A DNA stretch of 32,000 bases from Patescibacteria group bacterium (lineage in GTDB: Bacteria; Patescibacteriota; UBA1384; XYA2-FULL-43-10). The notes beneath the pieces are model-generated. The model was not told where the DNA came from. It searched no databases and was given only the letters and a program-made list of their open reading frames with translations. Shown one piece after another: positions 8,031-18,024 of this stretch (its first letter is position 1; every line of letters begins with the position of its first letter). Position numbers and translations under genes: made by a program. The DNA is taken from positions 30,001-62,000 of the forward strand of contig JBAYVT010000003.1 in the NCBI GenBank assembly GCA_041674405.1, in the 5' to 3' direction.

Positions 8031-8531
8031 ATGCCACTCCCCACATGGGATGTTTTTATTGGGTTGGCATTTGTTATCGGCATTGCTTACGGCTTTATTT
8101 TGCGTCGTGAGAAAACGATTACCTTTTTGTGCTCAACATATATAGGCTTGGTTATTGCGTCCTCTTTTTCGCAATACGTTTTTGACCTCTTTAACGGCAA
8201 CAAAGTAGTAGCAAATCAGGTTTGGATTCATTCAAATGCCTCAACCTCGACCATTTCTATCGTTCTTCTGCTTCTCTCGTCATTTTTCATATCAGGAGCA
8301 ATAAATTCTACCGCCAAATCTGGTGGTGATTTATCACCCCTAGAAATTATTATTTACAGCGCACTAAACATGGCACTAATTGTCTCGTCAATCATTGGAT
8401 TTCTGGCCCCAGACAAAAGAGATGCAATATTGGCAGCTTCAAAGATAGGATCTTTTCTATATGGCACGAGAGGACTCTGGGTAATTATCCCTCCGATTGC
8501 CCTTGTCATCCTTAATTTTAAAAAGAAATAG
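8031..8531 (+). CDS. hypothetical multi-pass membrane protein
   Basis: 166 aa hydrophobic ORF with promoter and SD. Confidence 0.8.
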   Translation: MPLPTWDVFIGLAFVIGIAYGFILRREKTITFLCSTYIGLVIASSFSQYVFDLFNGNKVVANQVWIHSNASTSTISIVLLLLSSFFISGAINSTAKSGGDLSPLEIIIYSALNMALIVSSIIGFLAPDKRDAILAASKIGSFLYGTRGLWVIIPPIALVILNFKKK

Positions 8532-8533
8532 GA

Positions 8534-8881
8534 GTGAGGATGTATTTTCTTTTGCGTTGGATAATAAATACTCTGGCACTTTTAATTGCGGCATATCTAG
8601 TGCCTGGTGTTTCATTTTCTGGCTTTTGGTCAGCTTTGATTGCCGCGTTGATTTTTGGTTTGATCAATGCTGTGATACGGCCGATCATGATAATACTTAC
8701 TCTGCCCGTAAATCTGGTTACGCTTGGCTTGTTTACGCTTGTAATAAATGCCCTTATGTTCTGGCTAGCATCGGCAGTAGTCAAGGGGTTTACAGTAACA
8801 GGATTCTGGCCAGCTTTTTTCGGCGCATTGGTTTACTGGATCATTATTATATTGGTTAATCTTATCGAGAAAGCCGATTAG
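8534..8881 (+). CDS. Phage_holin_4_2 / YvlD-like membrane protein
   Basis: RWIINTLALLIAAYLVPGVSFSGFWSALIAALIFGLINAVIRPIMIILTLPVNLVTLGLFTLVINALMFWLAS is typical of this family. Confidence 0.88.
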   Translation: MRMYFLLRWIINTLALLIAAYLVPGVSFSGFWSALIAALIFGLINAVIRPIMIILTLPVNLVTLGLFTLVINALMFWLASAVVKGFTVTGFWPAFFGALVYWIIIILVNLIEKAD

Positions 8882-8955
8882 CCAGCCTTGACCCTGACTC
8901 AAAAATAAGCTATAATCTGTATGTTTTTGGCGAACAAAAACATGAGTTAAATTCT

Positions 8956-9030
8956 GGATTGCTAGCTCAATGGTAGAGCAGTGGCCTTTTAAGCCATTGG
9001 TTCTGGGTTCGAGTCCCAGGCAATCCACCA
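8956..9030 (+). tRNA. tRNA-Lys(TTT), CCA encoded
   Basis: Acceptor GGATTGC/GCAATCC, anticodon loop CTTTTAA, T-arm CTGGG-TTCGAGT-CCCAG, ACCA. Confidence 0.95.
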
Positions 9031-9062
9031 AAAAAACTTTGACCTTGCGTCAGAGTTTTTTT
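9030..9062 (+). terminator. intrinsic terminator abutting tRNA-Lys
   Basis: AAAAAAACTTTGAC-CTTGC-GTCAGAGTTTTTTT, one G:T pair, T-tract. Confidence 0.8.
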
Positions 9063-9153
9063 GTTGGAATTGGACTTGAACATTTTATGATTTTATTGTA
9101 TTATTACGCGTGTCCCATGATCATAGCACACTTCGAAACAAGGGGCTGAGCGC

Positions 9154-9609
9154 ATGGAGCCGGTAACAAAGTCTATTGAGAAGATCCTCGACCGGTTGCC
9201 GAGTAATCCCAATCCGGGATTCGGCATTGTCCTGATTTGGCTCTTGCTAAGACAGGACACTGGTGGTCGAGCGAAACGGTGCGACAGTGACCAGGAAGAT
9301 CTGACGATTGCGGCCAAAATGATCGTTCAGACCGGGAATGTCTTAGCATCCCTTGGGCTGATCCTGCACGCACAGCAGACCGAACCTCTGAGGGAGGTAT
9401 GCAACGACGAAGTACTCGCAGCAATACCCCCACGCGTGGCTACCAAGATTCATGAGGAAATCTTGGGTGCTGCAACTTCTACCCTGTTGGGAATGAAGAC
9501 CGATCGTCAACGGCGCTTTCACGTTAGAGACTATATCGCTCAAATTCCCTGCACAAATCCTCAAGACGCGGCCGAAAAGCCGCAAGAACCGCAACCTACA
9601 TCGAAGTAG
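9154..9609 (+). CDS. hypothetical protein
   Basis: 151 aa ORF bounded by terminators on both sides; three sampled 60-nt lines (9181, 9241, 9361) are 53-57% G+C; no recognised domain. Confidence 0.55.
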   Translation: MEPVTKSIEKILDRLPSNPNPGFGIVLIWLLLRQDTGGRAKRCDSDQEDLTIAAKMIVQTGNVLASLGLILHAQQTEPLREVCNDEVLAAIPPRVATKIHEEILGAATSTLLGMKTDRQRRFHVRDYIAQIPCTNPQDAAEKPQEPQPTSK

Positions 9610-9625
9610 AATACGAAGTACCGGT

Positions 9626-9661
9626 CGCTCCAGCTCACAAGCTGGAGCGCCGTTGTTTTTA
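9626..9661 (+). terminator. intrinsic terminator
   Basis: CGCTCCAGCT-CACA-AGCTGGAGCG followed by a T-rich tract, just after the 9154..9609 ORF. Confidence 0.8.
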
Positions 9662-11440
9662 CTCACTTCTTAGAACTTTTATAAAAACATCGGATGGAAT
9701 ATTTACCTTACCGATCATTTTCATTTTCTTTTTCCCCTTTTTCTGCTTGTCAAGAAGTTTGTTCTTACGAGTGACGTCGCCTCCATATAGCTTGGCAGTC
9801 ACATCCTTGCGCATAGCAGGAATTCTTTCAGAAGCAATGATTGTGGCCGAGATTGCCACCTGGATTTTAACTTCGAAATTCTGGCGCGGAATAAGATCTT
9901 TTAATCTTTCAACGATTCTTCGCGCTTCCTTCTGTGCTTTTTGCGAATTAATAATAAAACTCAGCGCGTCGACACGATCCTCAGCAATCAGAATATCGAT
10001 TTTAGATAGGTCCGCACTACGATAATCAATCATCTCATAATTAAGAGAGGCATACCCGCGAGAAATACTTTTTAGCTGGTCATAATAATCAATAATAAGT
10101 TCAGCAAGCGGAATTTCATACTTTATAACCACCCTATTATCATCAAAATATTCAGTATTTTTGTAAATTCCGCGCTTACTTTGCGTTAGATCCATGATTA
10201 CACCAATGAATTCTTTCGGAGTAATGATTTCGAGAGTAGCCCAAGGTTCAAAAATTTCGCGGTATTCGTGCGATGCTGGTAGATCGGCTGCCTTTTCAAC
10301 GATCCTTGCCTCCCCATTCAACATTGTTAATTTATAAATAACAGTCGGGCTAGTGATTACAAGATCAAGGTCAAATTCGCGTTCAAGGCGTTCACGAACG
10401 ATATCGAGGTGTAAAAGTCCAAGAAATCCGCAACGAAAACCATGGCCGAGCATTTCTGATCTCTCGGCCTCGTACGATAGCGAGCCGTCATTTAATTTAA
10501 GCTTTCCGATTGCCTCCTTGAGCTCGGGATATTTGTCCGAATCGGTACAGAATATCGAAGCATAAACAAACGGCTTAACTTTTTGATAGCCCGAAAGGGG
10601 AGAGACTGCTGGAATTTTTTTCTGCGTAATGGTATCGCCGACAGACGCTTCAGAAACTTCTTTAAATCCGGTTACAATATAACCAATTTCGCCCGATGAT
10701 AGGGGAGAGTGGGGGAAATATTTTGGTTTAAAATAGCCACACTCCTCTACTTTTCCCCCACTTTTAGTCTGCATCAAAAATATCTCGTCATTATTTTTTA
10801 TTTCGCCCGAAAACACCCGGACATAAGCAACTACTCCCCGATAGGGGTCATATACCGAGTCAAAAATTAAGGCTCTTGTCTTCTCTTCTCCCTCATCATT
10901 GGGTGCTGGTACGCGTTCAATTACTTCTTTCAAAATTTCTTCCACTCCTTCGCCGGTTTTTCCCGATGCATAGATAATTTCATTTTCACGACAACCAAGA
11001 ACTTTGATAATTTCATGAGCAACTTCTTCCGGACGAGCTGCCGGTAGATCAATTTTATTTACAACCGGTATAATCTCGAGATCATGGTCTATCGCCGCAT
11101 AAAGTGTCGAAAGGGTTTGGGCTTCAATGCCCTGAGTAGCATCAACAAGGAGGATCGCTCCCTCAACAGCTGCCAATGACCTTGAAACTTCGTATGAAAA
11201 ATCAACATGACCCGGGGTATCTATCAAATTCAAAATATGTTTGCTGTATTCCATGCGAACAGGTGCAAGCTTGATAGTAATGCCGCGCTCACGCTCAATA
11301 TCCATCTGATCAAGGAGCTGCTCTTTCATCTCACGTTTTTCAACCGTGCTGGTAATTTCCAGCATTCGGTCAGCCAGCGTTGACTTGCCGTGATCAATAT
11401 GCGCGATAATACAAAAATTGCGGATGTTTTTTTCTTCCAT
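9659..11440 (-). CDS. lepA: elongation factor 4
   Basis: NFCIIAHIDHGKSTLADRMLE, RERGITIK, DTPGHVDFSYEVSRSLAAVEGAILLVDATQGIEAQT, C-terminal YGGDVTRKNKLLDKQKKGKKKMK. Confidence 0.99.
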   Translation of the reverse strand: MEEKNIRNFCIIAHIDHGKSTLADRMLEITSTVEKREMKEQLLDQMDIERERGITIKLAPVRMEYSKHILNLIDTPGHVDFSYEVSRSLAAVEGAILLVDATQGIEAQTLSTLYAAIDHDLEIIPVVNKIDLPAARPEEVAHEIIKVLGCRENEIIYASGKTGEGVEEILKEVIERVPAPNDEGEEKTRALIFDSVYDPYRGVVAYVRVFSGEIKNNDEIFLMQTKSGGKVEECGYFKPKYFPHSPLSSGEIGYIVTGFKEVSEASVGDTITQKKIPAVSPLSGYQKVKPFVYASIFCTDSDKYPELKEAIGKLKLNDGSLSYEAERSEMLGHGFRCGFLGLLHLDIVRERLEREFDLDLVITSPTVIYKLTMLNGEARIVEKAADLPASHEYREIFEPWATLEIITPKEFIGVIMDLTQSKRGIYKNTEYFDDNRVVIKYEIPLAELIIDYYDQLKSISRGYASLNYEMIDYRSADLSKIDILIAEDRVDALSFIINSQKAQKEARRIVERLKDLIPRQNFEVKIQVAISATIIASERIPAMRKDVTAKLYGGDVTRKNKLLDKQKKGKKKMKMIGKVNIPSDVFIKVLRSE

Positions 11441-11530
11441 AACAGATGAATCTTAGCAGATTTTTACTCGGAAATCGAGTGTCTGGGAGATCAGCCATCT
11501 CCTTCAAGTCGAACTGCACACATTAAGAAA

Positions 11531-11568
11531 CGTAACAATTCTTCCGCGGTCGTGGAAGAATTGTTACG
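11531..11568. repeat. 38-bp palindromic element D
   Basis: CGTA ACAATTCTTC CGCGGTCGTG GAAGAATTGT TACG; arms AAACGTAACAATTCTTCC/GGAAGAATTGTTACGTTT exact; centre 11549.5; lies between nfo and lepA. Confidence 0.88.
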
Positions 11569-11664
11569 TTTTTATATTTAACAAACAAATTAATTACAAA
11601 AGAAATTTACTCATGTAATACATTTAATAACTAGGATGCATTTACATTTATTTCAATAAATAAA

Positions 11665-12501
11665 TCAATCTAGTAGTTCGCGGAGAATTTTGAGATTATC
11701 TATATCACCCTTGCCCTTTATGCTGGGAGTTTCGAGAATTCCTGGCAGCTCTTTTAGTTTGGGGTGATTTACTATAACCTTAAATCCATTAATGCCGATG
11801 TATCCTTCGCCAATATCTGCATGACGATCACGACAAGAAGCAAATGGCACTGCTGAATCATTAAGATGCAAACAGATCAATCGGTCAAGGCCAATTTCTT
11901 TGTCAAATTCAGCAAGAGTATCATCGAGCCCGCCTTTAGTCGCAACATTGTACCCCGAACCGAATGCATGAGCTGTATCAAGCGTAACTTTGACTCTGTC
12001 GGAATCGACTTTTTTGATAATTTCCCCAAGTTCAGAAAATTTATCGCCAATAATGTCTCCCGCACCGGCAGAATTTTCCAATATTAGGAAAGGTCCCTCC
12101 GGGGAAGCAGCAAGGATATTTTTGATTGCCAGCACAATTTTGTCCATCACCTCAGAAAGCTTCCTTCCTTTGGTCGAACCAACATGAAAATTTGTGCCGA
12201 TAGCGTGAAGTGCTTTGGCCTTTTTCATATCGTCAATTAACGATTTTATAGATGCTTCGTAAAAGAATGGATTATTTGTTGCAAGGTTAATAAGATATAT
12301 ACCATGAATCATTACCGGATCGATTTTCGCTTTTTTATTTTTCTCCACAAAGCCCGCAACTTGATGCTCCGGAATAACAAGGGGATTCCAGCGCTGTGGC
12401 GCATTGGCAAAAATCTGCATGCATTCGCAGTGAGCTTCAACCCCGCGATCAATCGCATCAGAGAATGGTTCACGTGTAGAAATGTGCATTCCAAATTTCA
12501 T
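11665..12501 (-). CDS. nfo: deoxyribonuclease IV (AP endonuclease)
   Basis: MKFGMHISTREPFSDAIDRG, FANAPQRWN, HGIYLINLATNN, LILENSAGAGDIIGDKF, VTLDTAHAFGSGY, HLNDS, HADIGEGYIG. Confidence 0.97.
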   Translation of the reverse strand: MKFGMHISTREPFSDAIDRGVEAHCECMQIFANAPQRWNPLVIPEHQVAGFVEKNKKAKIDPVMIHGIYLINLATNNPFFYEASIKSLIDDMKKAKALHAIGTNFHVGSTKGRKLSEVMDKIVLAIKNILAASPEGPFLILENSAGAGDIIGDKFSELGEIIKKVDSDRVKVTLDTAHAFGSGYNVATKGGLDDTLAEFDKEIGLDRLICLHLNDSAVPFASCRDRHADIGEGYIGINGFKVIVNHPKLKELPGILETPSIKGKGDIDNLKILRELLD

Positions 12502-12507
12502 ATGCTC

Positions 12508-12861
12508 CTATTCGTCAAAACCAATTCTATTGAAATAATCATAGGAAATATTCTGCCCGTCCAAGAGTTCCAGAACTTTGTATTTCCCTCTTGTGAAAAT
12601 GTTTCCGTCATCTAAATAATGTGTAGCTTCCAGGATTTGCACACCAGCTAACGGGGGAGATAAAACTCCCTTACCCTTGGTTTCAACGAGAGGTACTTTA
12701 CCGTAAAGCCAATAATTCTTCTGATCTGACTTCAAAAATGGATAAATCTCTCCGATTTCCAATTTTTCCGGAATACATTCTTCCTTTTTTCTGTTTCCGT
12801 TTTTGTATTCGCTAATATTGCGAAGCGCCATATCCGGCGCGAATTCTACCGGTATACCCAT
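12508..12861 (-). CDS. hypothetical protein
   Basis: 117 aa, tightly packed between two co-oriented genes; no recognised motif. Confidence 0.65.
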   Translation of the reverse strand: MGIPVEFAPDMALRNISEYKNGNRKKEECIPEKLEIGEIYPFLKSDQKNYWLYGKVPLVETKGKGVLSPPLAGVQILEATHYLDDGNIFTRGKYKVLELLDGQNISYDYFNRIGFDE

Positions 12862-12865
12862 ATTA

Positions 12866-13282
12866 TTACTTAATTTTACTTAAGTCTCCGTTAATTATCA
12901 GCGGATTGATCATCGCGATTTCGAGTGTGTAAGGTTGGTTTTTGTCGATTGGATTAAGCAGAAAAATTTTCTTTTTTAGGAAATAGGCCACGCCAATTTC
13001 CATAATTACATTCGTTCCAAGATATCCGCTTATCCCTTTTTTCTCATTGTTGACAATAAGCATTGCATCACTCTCAGCGATTTTATTAAAAAAGCTTCTT
13101 ATTATGTCATATTCTTTCGAGAGGCGCAGTTCTTCTTCAAAATTGTTTTTGATCGAATTGTCTCTTACATAATGATCGATGTCATCAGTCGTTAAAACAG
13201 AATGCCCGGTTTTCTCCAAGTCATTTTTGATTCTCAAGATATCTTTGGCAAAGACCATACTGCCGGCAATAGTAATTTTCAT
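12866..13282 (-). CDS. nucleoside 2-deoxyribosyltransferase-like protein
   Basis: MKITIAGSMVFAKDILRIKNDLEKTGHSVL...DAMLIVNNEKKGISGYLGTNVIMEIGVAYFLKKKIFLLN fits the family fold signature. Confidence 0.65.
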   Translation of the reverse strand: MKITIAGSMVFAKDILRIKNDLEKTGHSVLTTDDIDHYVRDNSIKNNFEEELRLSKEYDIIRSFFNKIAESDAMLIVNNEKKGISGYLGTNVIMEIGVAYFLKKKIFLLNPIDKNQPYTLEIAMINPLIINGDLSKIK

Positions 13283-13905
13283 TTTAACTCCTTAAATTCC
13301 ACTTTCAGATTTTCTAAATTCAATATAGCATAATGGCCGGTTTCGGAGGAGGCGAGTTTGATAACTTTTGTTTGGCCCAGATAGCCGACGCCCCATTTCC
13401 AGTGCACATGGCCACAAATGTGGACAAGAGGTGCATCGGAGAATTTTCGTTCCGGCATCATTCTGGGGTCATCAAATTTTGATAAATTAATAATTCCCGG
13501 CGGCGGAACATGCGAGAGAAAAATTGATCCGGCAATGGCTTTTTTGTCTACGCTTCGCTCTCCTTCGTATTGTCCCGACCACGAAGCAGGGGAGCCGCCA
13601 ACTCCCGTAAAAGTCCGGCCAAACATTTCCACAATTTTCCCCTCAAGTGTTTTATATTTTGCAGACACTTTATAGTATGCGCGGCCAAAATCATTATTTC
13701 CCGGTACCCAGAAGAGAGGAATTTCGAGCTCGTCAATCATTTTGATAAATTTTTCGGCGTACCAAATCGGTTCGCCCATGTTCACGATATCGCCAGTAAA
13801 AAGAAGCAGATCTGCTTTCTCGCCCAAAACTGCTTGTTTGATTTTTTCGAGCCCTTTATTTGATGCATGCAAATCTGAAAAAAGAAAGGCAGTTTTTTCT
13901 TTCAT
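13279..13905 (-). CDS. metallophosphoesterase
   Basis: LFSDLHASN, FTGDIVNMG, GNNDF, SHVPPPG, HICGHVHWKWGVG. Confidence 0.9.
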   Translation of the reverse strand: MKEKTAFLFSDLHASNKGLEKIKQAVLGEKADLLLFTGDIVNMGEPIWYAEKFIKMIDELEIPLFWVPGNNDFGRAYYKVSAKYKTLEGKIVEMFGRTFTGVGGSPASWSGQYEGERSVDKKAIAGSIFLSHVPPPGIINLSKFDDPRMMPERKFSDAPLVHICGHVHWKWGVGYLGQTKVIKLASSETGHYAILNLENLKVEFKELK

Positions 13906-14627
13906 AATGCCGTCCCAAGCAGATCTATTTCATGGGGCTTGAGCACGACTTCTTTAACTTCAATGCGCCCGATATCTGAAGTATAAGTGGAAATTTGATC
14001 GTCAAAATATTTATTTAAAGCATCTTTAATCGATTGAGGCAAAACAGCAACTCCAGAAGAAGCCTTTGAAAGTTCAATTTTTAATTTGCCATTTTCAGCT
14101 TTAGGAATCGCGACTATTGTTATAGGGAACGAAAAAAAACTATCGCTAGTTCTTCCGGAAATATAGACGCCGTCATTCTTGATTTCAAGAGACGATTTTT
14201 TAAGGGGAAAGTCAGCCGTACCCACACCCATAAAATTCGCAAGCTCAGATTCTGTTATCGGAATACTCACACTTTCGCCGCTTGTTTTGTCACTCAACTC
14301 TTTTACCACCTGGTCAGTAAGATACTGATCTGTATTTTTTCCATCCGAAACAATACCTTGCCGGGAAAGAGATCCTCGCAAATTCCATAGCCCATAAACC
14401 ATCAGAACAAATAATCCAGTGAAAATAATAAGCATAAATGCAACAAACGGCTTTTTACTTTTTCGCTTGCGGTCGAGTTCATTATAAAAATTGCTAAAAT
14501 CCTTGTTTGCAGATCCTTTGTCAGCATTTACTTCCGGACGAAAAATATGTGTATCCCGTCCTAAATTTATCCCGTCGATTTTTCGGCCATTATTATTGGA
14601 CTGGTTCCCCTTCAATTTCTTTTCCAT
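13902..14627 (-). CDS. hypothetical single-pass membrane protein
   Basis: Lys/Arg-rich N-terminus, TM FVAFMLIIFTGLFVLMVYGLWNL, extracellular Ser/Thr-rich region. Confidence 0.75.
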   Translation of the reverse strand: MEKKLKGNQSNNNGRKIDGINLGRDTHIFRPEVNADKGSANKDFSNFYNELDRKRKSKKPFVAFMLIIFTGLFVLMVYGLWNLRGSLSRQGIVSDGKNTDQYLTDQVVKELSDKTSGESVSIPITESELANFMGVGTADFPLKKSSLEIKNDGVYISGRTSDSFFSFPITIVAIPKAENGKLKIELSKASSGVAVLPQSIKDALNKYFDDQISTYTSDIGRIEVKEVVLKPHEIDLLGTAL

Positions 14628-16188
14628 TTATTTTCCGCTTTAGTGCCCATGAAATTTCTTCGAGTTTTAAAACGTAGGAAAGAGCCACAAAAATAACAAA
14701 ACCGAGAGCTAGTGTAAGCAATGTTTGTTCCAATACCCCGATAAATTTATTCATATTCACCAAATTGGCAAAATATAGCATGCCTTCTCGCGCAATAAAA
14801 CCAGTAATAGCAGAAATGATAACGATTTTTATGACTGAATTAATTACTTTATTAGATAACATCCCTCGATATTTTGCCACTAGAAGAACATACAGGAGAA
14901 TTAAATTAATATAGCTTCCGATTGTAAAAGAAAGCGCTAGCCCAGCTACTCCCATTTTTTGAGCCAGGGGATAAGCAATTGCTATGCTTACAGCTACCGT
15001 GATTATAGAGATGTACATGGGAGTTTTTGAATTTTTCATGGCATAAAAAGCTCTTGCCAAAAGAGGAATAAGCCCTTGGGCAAGAAGAGAAAGAGAGAAA
15101 TACCCAAGCGCAAGGGCGGTTGCCTTTGTGTCGCTCCAACCAAAACTACCCGATCCGAGGATAAGACGAATGATCTGAGCCCTGAGTAGAATGAAGGCAA
15201 CAGAAGTCGGGATAAGAAGATATGAAACTGTCCTGATCGTCCGATTCAAATAAAAAACAAATTTGTCGGTTTCATTTTTTGTAAATGCTGTTGTTAGTGT
15301 TGGAAATACTGCGGTTGCAAAAGATGTGCCCAGCACTACCACCGGCATCGTCTGGATATTATTTGCAAAATTAAATGCAGAAATTGAACCGATCGCCAAC
15401 GCCGAGCCAATCGCAGTATATACTAAAAGCATCAGTTGATTTACTCCCATACCAATAGTTCGCGGCAGCATTAGCCGGATAATTTTTTTAATCGACGCAT
15501 TTTTATAATCGAAAGAAAAAGTGTATTTGAAACCAAGTTTAAACAATGATGGTAGCTGAATCAGCATATGAAGAACTGCGCCAATTATAACAAAGTAAAC
15601 TACCCCGATGATTCCAATATTCCTTCCCAAAATAAACGTGCCCAAGATAATAGAGAGGTTATACACAAGTGGGGCAAATGAATAGGCAACGAAACGATTA
15701 AACGAATTAAGTACTCCGGAAAATATGTATGAAGCAGAGAAAAAAATCGGAGTTAACATCAAAATCCGAGCAAGCTCTGTAGTTTTTTGCATTTTTTCGA
15801 AAGAAAAATCCGGAACAACCAGTGGAGTAAGATATGGCATCAGGAAGAATAAAACAATAGCGGCAAAAATCATTATTACAGCTGCAATATTTAGAAGGAT
15901 ACTCGTAACTTTCCAGCCTTCTTCCATTTTATTGTTGCTGATAAAATCGCAAAAAACCGGAATAAATGCTGATGTTATAGCGCCTAAGATAAGAAAATTG
16001 AAAATAAGATCAGGTATACGAAATGCTGCAAAATAGATATCGAGTTGTGAAGTCGGAATATAACTTGCCAAAAAATGGTCGCGCAACATTCCTAGCACAT
16101 TGCTGATAGTCAGTGTAATAAGCAAAATTGCACTGGCCATGCGAACGCTATTTTCCGAGTGGAAAAAATTAGAGAATCGTTTTATCAT
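14593..16188 (-). CDS. murJ: lipid II flippase MurJ/MviN family
   Basis: About 12-14 TM protein with SNVLGMLRDHFLASYIP, APLVYNLSIILG, LPRTIGMGVNQLMLLVYTAIGS, ALGYFSLSLLAQGLIPLLARAFYAMKNSKTP. Confidence 0.93.
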   Translation of the reverse strand: MIKRFSNFFHSENSVRMASAILLITLTISNVLGMLRDHFLASYIPTSQLDIYFAAFRIPDLIFNFLILGAITSAFIPVFCDFISNNKMEEGWKVTSILLNIAAVIMIFAAIVLFFLMPYLTPLVVPDFSFEKMQKTTELARILMLTPIFFSASYIFSGVLNSFNRFVAYSFAPLVYNLSIILGTFILGRNIGIIGVVYFVIIGAVLHMLIQLPSLFKLGFKYTFSFDYKNASIKKIIRLMLPRTIGMGVNQLMLLVYTAIGSALAIGSISAFNFANNIQTMPVVVLGTSFATAVFPTLTTAFTKNETDKFVFYLNRTIRTVSYLLIPTSVAFILLRAQIIRLILGSGSFGWSDTKATALALGYFSLSLLAQGLIPLLARAFYAMKNSKTPMYISIITVAVSIAIAYPLAQKMGVAGLALSFTIGSYINLILLYVLLVAKYRGMLSNKVINSVIKIVIISAITGFIAREGMLYFANLVNMNKFIGVLEQTLLTLALGFVIFVALSYVLKLEEISWALKRKINGKEIEGEPVQ

Positions 16189-16206
16189 ACCAGATCATAC
16201 TTTCTA

Positions 16207-18009
16207 CTATGTTTTCGCCTTAAAATATTTGAGAAAATCTTCTTCGTTAATTGTTTCTTTCTTTATCAGTTCGTCAGCCAATTTTTCAATGATTGATTTA
16301 TGGGTATCAATAATTTTCTTGGCTTTTTTTCTGCCTTCATCGATAAATCTGGAAACTTCTTGGTCGATTACGGCGGCAATATTTTCGCTATAATTGCGCT
16401 GCTCGGCAAGTTCTTTCCCCAAAAACGGCATTTCTTCCTTGTGGCCATAAGTCTGTGGACCTAATTTTTCAGACATTCCAAATTCAACAACCATCTTGCG
16501 CGCAAGAAGAGTTGCTCGTTTCAGGTCGTTTTGTGCTCCAGTTGTTATTTTATTTGAACCGAAAAATTCTTCTTCGGCAACGCGGCCCGCAAGAAGTGAA
16601 GCAATTTCGTCCTCAAAATAATCTTTGGCTTCGAGCCTGCGGTCTTCTGTCGGCAAATTCCAAGTATATCCTAGAGCCATGCCGCGAGAAACTATCGAGA
16701 TTTTGTGAACCGGATCGGCATTTGGCAAAATATGGCTAACAACAGCATGGCCTGACTCATGGATAGCGGTAATTTTCTTTTCATGGTCAGACATCTTCTT
16801 GCTTTTTCGCTCTGGGCCCATCATCACTTTCTCGATTGCCTCTTCCATGTTTTCTTGGGTTATGGTCTTGCGGCCAGCCCGAGCTGCTAAAATAGCTCCC
16901 TCATTTGCTAAATTTTTAAGATCAGCCCCAGAGAAACCGGCGGTTGTGGCGGCAATTCTTGAAAGATTAACATTTTTTTCGATTGGCTTATTTCGAGTAT
17001 GAATTTTTAAAATTTGTTCACGTTCGCTTCTGTCTGGAAGATCGATAGTAATGTGCCTGTCGAAGCGGCCCGGACGAAGAAGTGCTGGATCAAGTACATC
17101 TGGCCTGTTTGTAGCAGCCATGACGATGACGTTATCACCGGTATCAAAGCCGTCCATTTCAACCAAAATTTGGTTTAATGTCTGCTCACGTTCATCGTGG
17201 CTTCCACCGAGCCCAGACCCGCGCTGGCGGCCGATTGCATCCATTTCATCAATAAAGACGATTGCCGGTGCGCTCCTTTTCGCTTTAGCGAAAAGATCGC
17301 GCACTCGGGACGCACCAACACCAACAAACATCTCGACAAATTCAGATGCGGAAATTGAGAAGAAAGGAACACCTGCCTCACCAGCAACCGCCTTTGCAAG
17401 CAAGGTCTTACCGGTACCAGGAGGCCCCACAAGAAGGACTCCTCGTGGAATTTCTGCGCCCAAATCGCGAAACTTTTTTGGTGACTTCAAAAACTCGACT
17501 ACTTCGCGAAGTTCCTGCTTCGGTTCCAACAGCCCGGCGACATCATTAAATGTAGTTTTGCGCCCCAGTGAAAGACGGGCTCCAGATTTACCGAAACTCA
17601 TCGCCTTCATATTTTGCCCCTGGGCGGAACGAAGCATCCACCAAAAAAATGCGGCGATCAAAATCAAAGGCAAGAGGGTATATAGAAATATCGACGACCA
17701 GGCAACAGATGAGCTTGTGTCTACAACTTTGATATTGACCTTGTCGGATGTAATACCATATTCATTCAAGCCAACGCCATTTTCCTTGTATGCCTGCTCG
17801 GTACCTTCGCCCTTAACGTTAGCGGTAACCTGATTATCTTTCACCGTAACTTGGTCGATTTGGCCATCCTGGACCTGTTTCGCAATCTGCGAGATATCAA
17901 CCTGAGTTGGTGTTTTTGGCCGGCTGGCATAATAACTTCCGACAAGAACCGCTGCTATAAATATAATAATGATCCAATATACTGCACGGTTTCCAGATTT
18001 CTGATTCAT
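16207..18009 (-). CDS. ftsH: ATP-dependent zinc metalloprotease FtsH
   Basis: [58 protein letters not shown], zinc motif HESGHA. Confidence 0.99.
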   Translation of the reverse strand: MNQKSGNRAVYWIIIIFIAAVLVGSYYASRPKTPTQVDISQIAKQVQDGQIDQVTVKDNQVTANVKGEGTEQAYKENGVGLNEYGITSDKVNIKVVDTSSSVAWSSIFLYTLLPLILIAAFFWWMLRSAQGQNMKAMSFGKSGARLSLGRKTTFNDVAGLLEPKQELREVVEFLKSPKKFRDLGAEIPRGVLLVGPPGTGKTLLAKAVAGEAGVPFFSISASEFVEMFVGVGASRVRDLFAKAKRSAPAIVFIDEMDAIGRQRGSGLGGSHDEREQTLNQILVEMDGFDTGDNVIVMAATNRPDVLDPALLRPGRFDRHITIDLPDRSEREQILKIHTRNKPIEKNVNLSRIAATTAGFSGADLKNLANEGAILAARAGRKTITQENMEEAIEKVMMGPERKSKKMSDHEKKITAIHESGHAVVSHILPNADPVHKISIVSRGMALGYTWNLPTEDRRLEAKDYFEDEIASLLAGRVAEEEFFGSNKITTGAQNDLKRATLLARKMVVEFGMSEKLGPQTYGHKEEMPFLGKELAEQRNYSENIAAVIDQEVSRFIDEGRKKAKKIIDTHKSIIEKLADELIKKETINEEDFLKYFKAKT

Positions 18010-18024
18010 TAAGCTCCTTAGTCT

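Noticed and set aside
8534-8881. Prophage indication from the 'phage holin'-named family
   Set aside because: Phage_holin_4_2/YvlD-type proteins are widespread chromosomal membrane proteins; no other phage gene is present.
9659-11440. Tetracycline-resistance-type ribosomal protection protein
   Set aside because: The C-terminal YGGDVTRKNKLLDKQKKGKKKMK signature and domain order identify LepA/EF4.
17051-17833. 260-aa plus-strand ORF opposite ftsH
   Set aside because: It is antisense to the highly conserved ftsH and its composition is low-quality (Ser/Arg-rich shadow ORF). The same reasoning excludes the other antisense ORFs in the track, for example 12304-12615, 15725-16036, 22049-22435 and 27754-28005.
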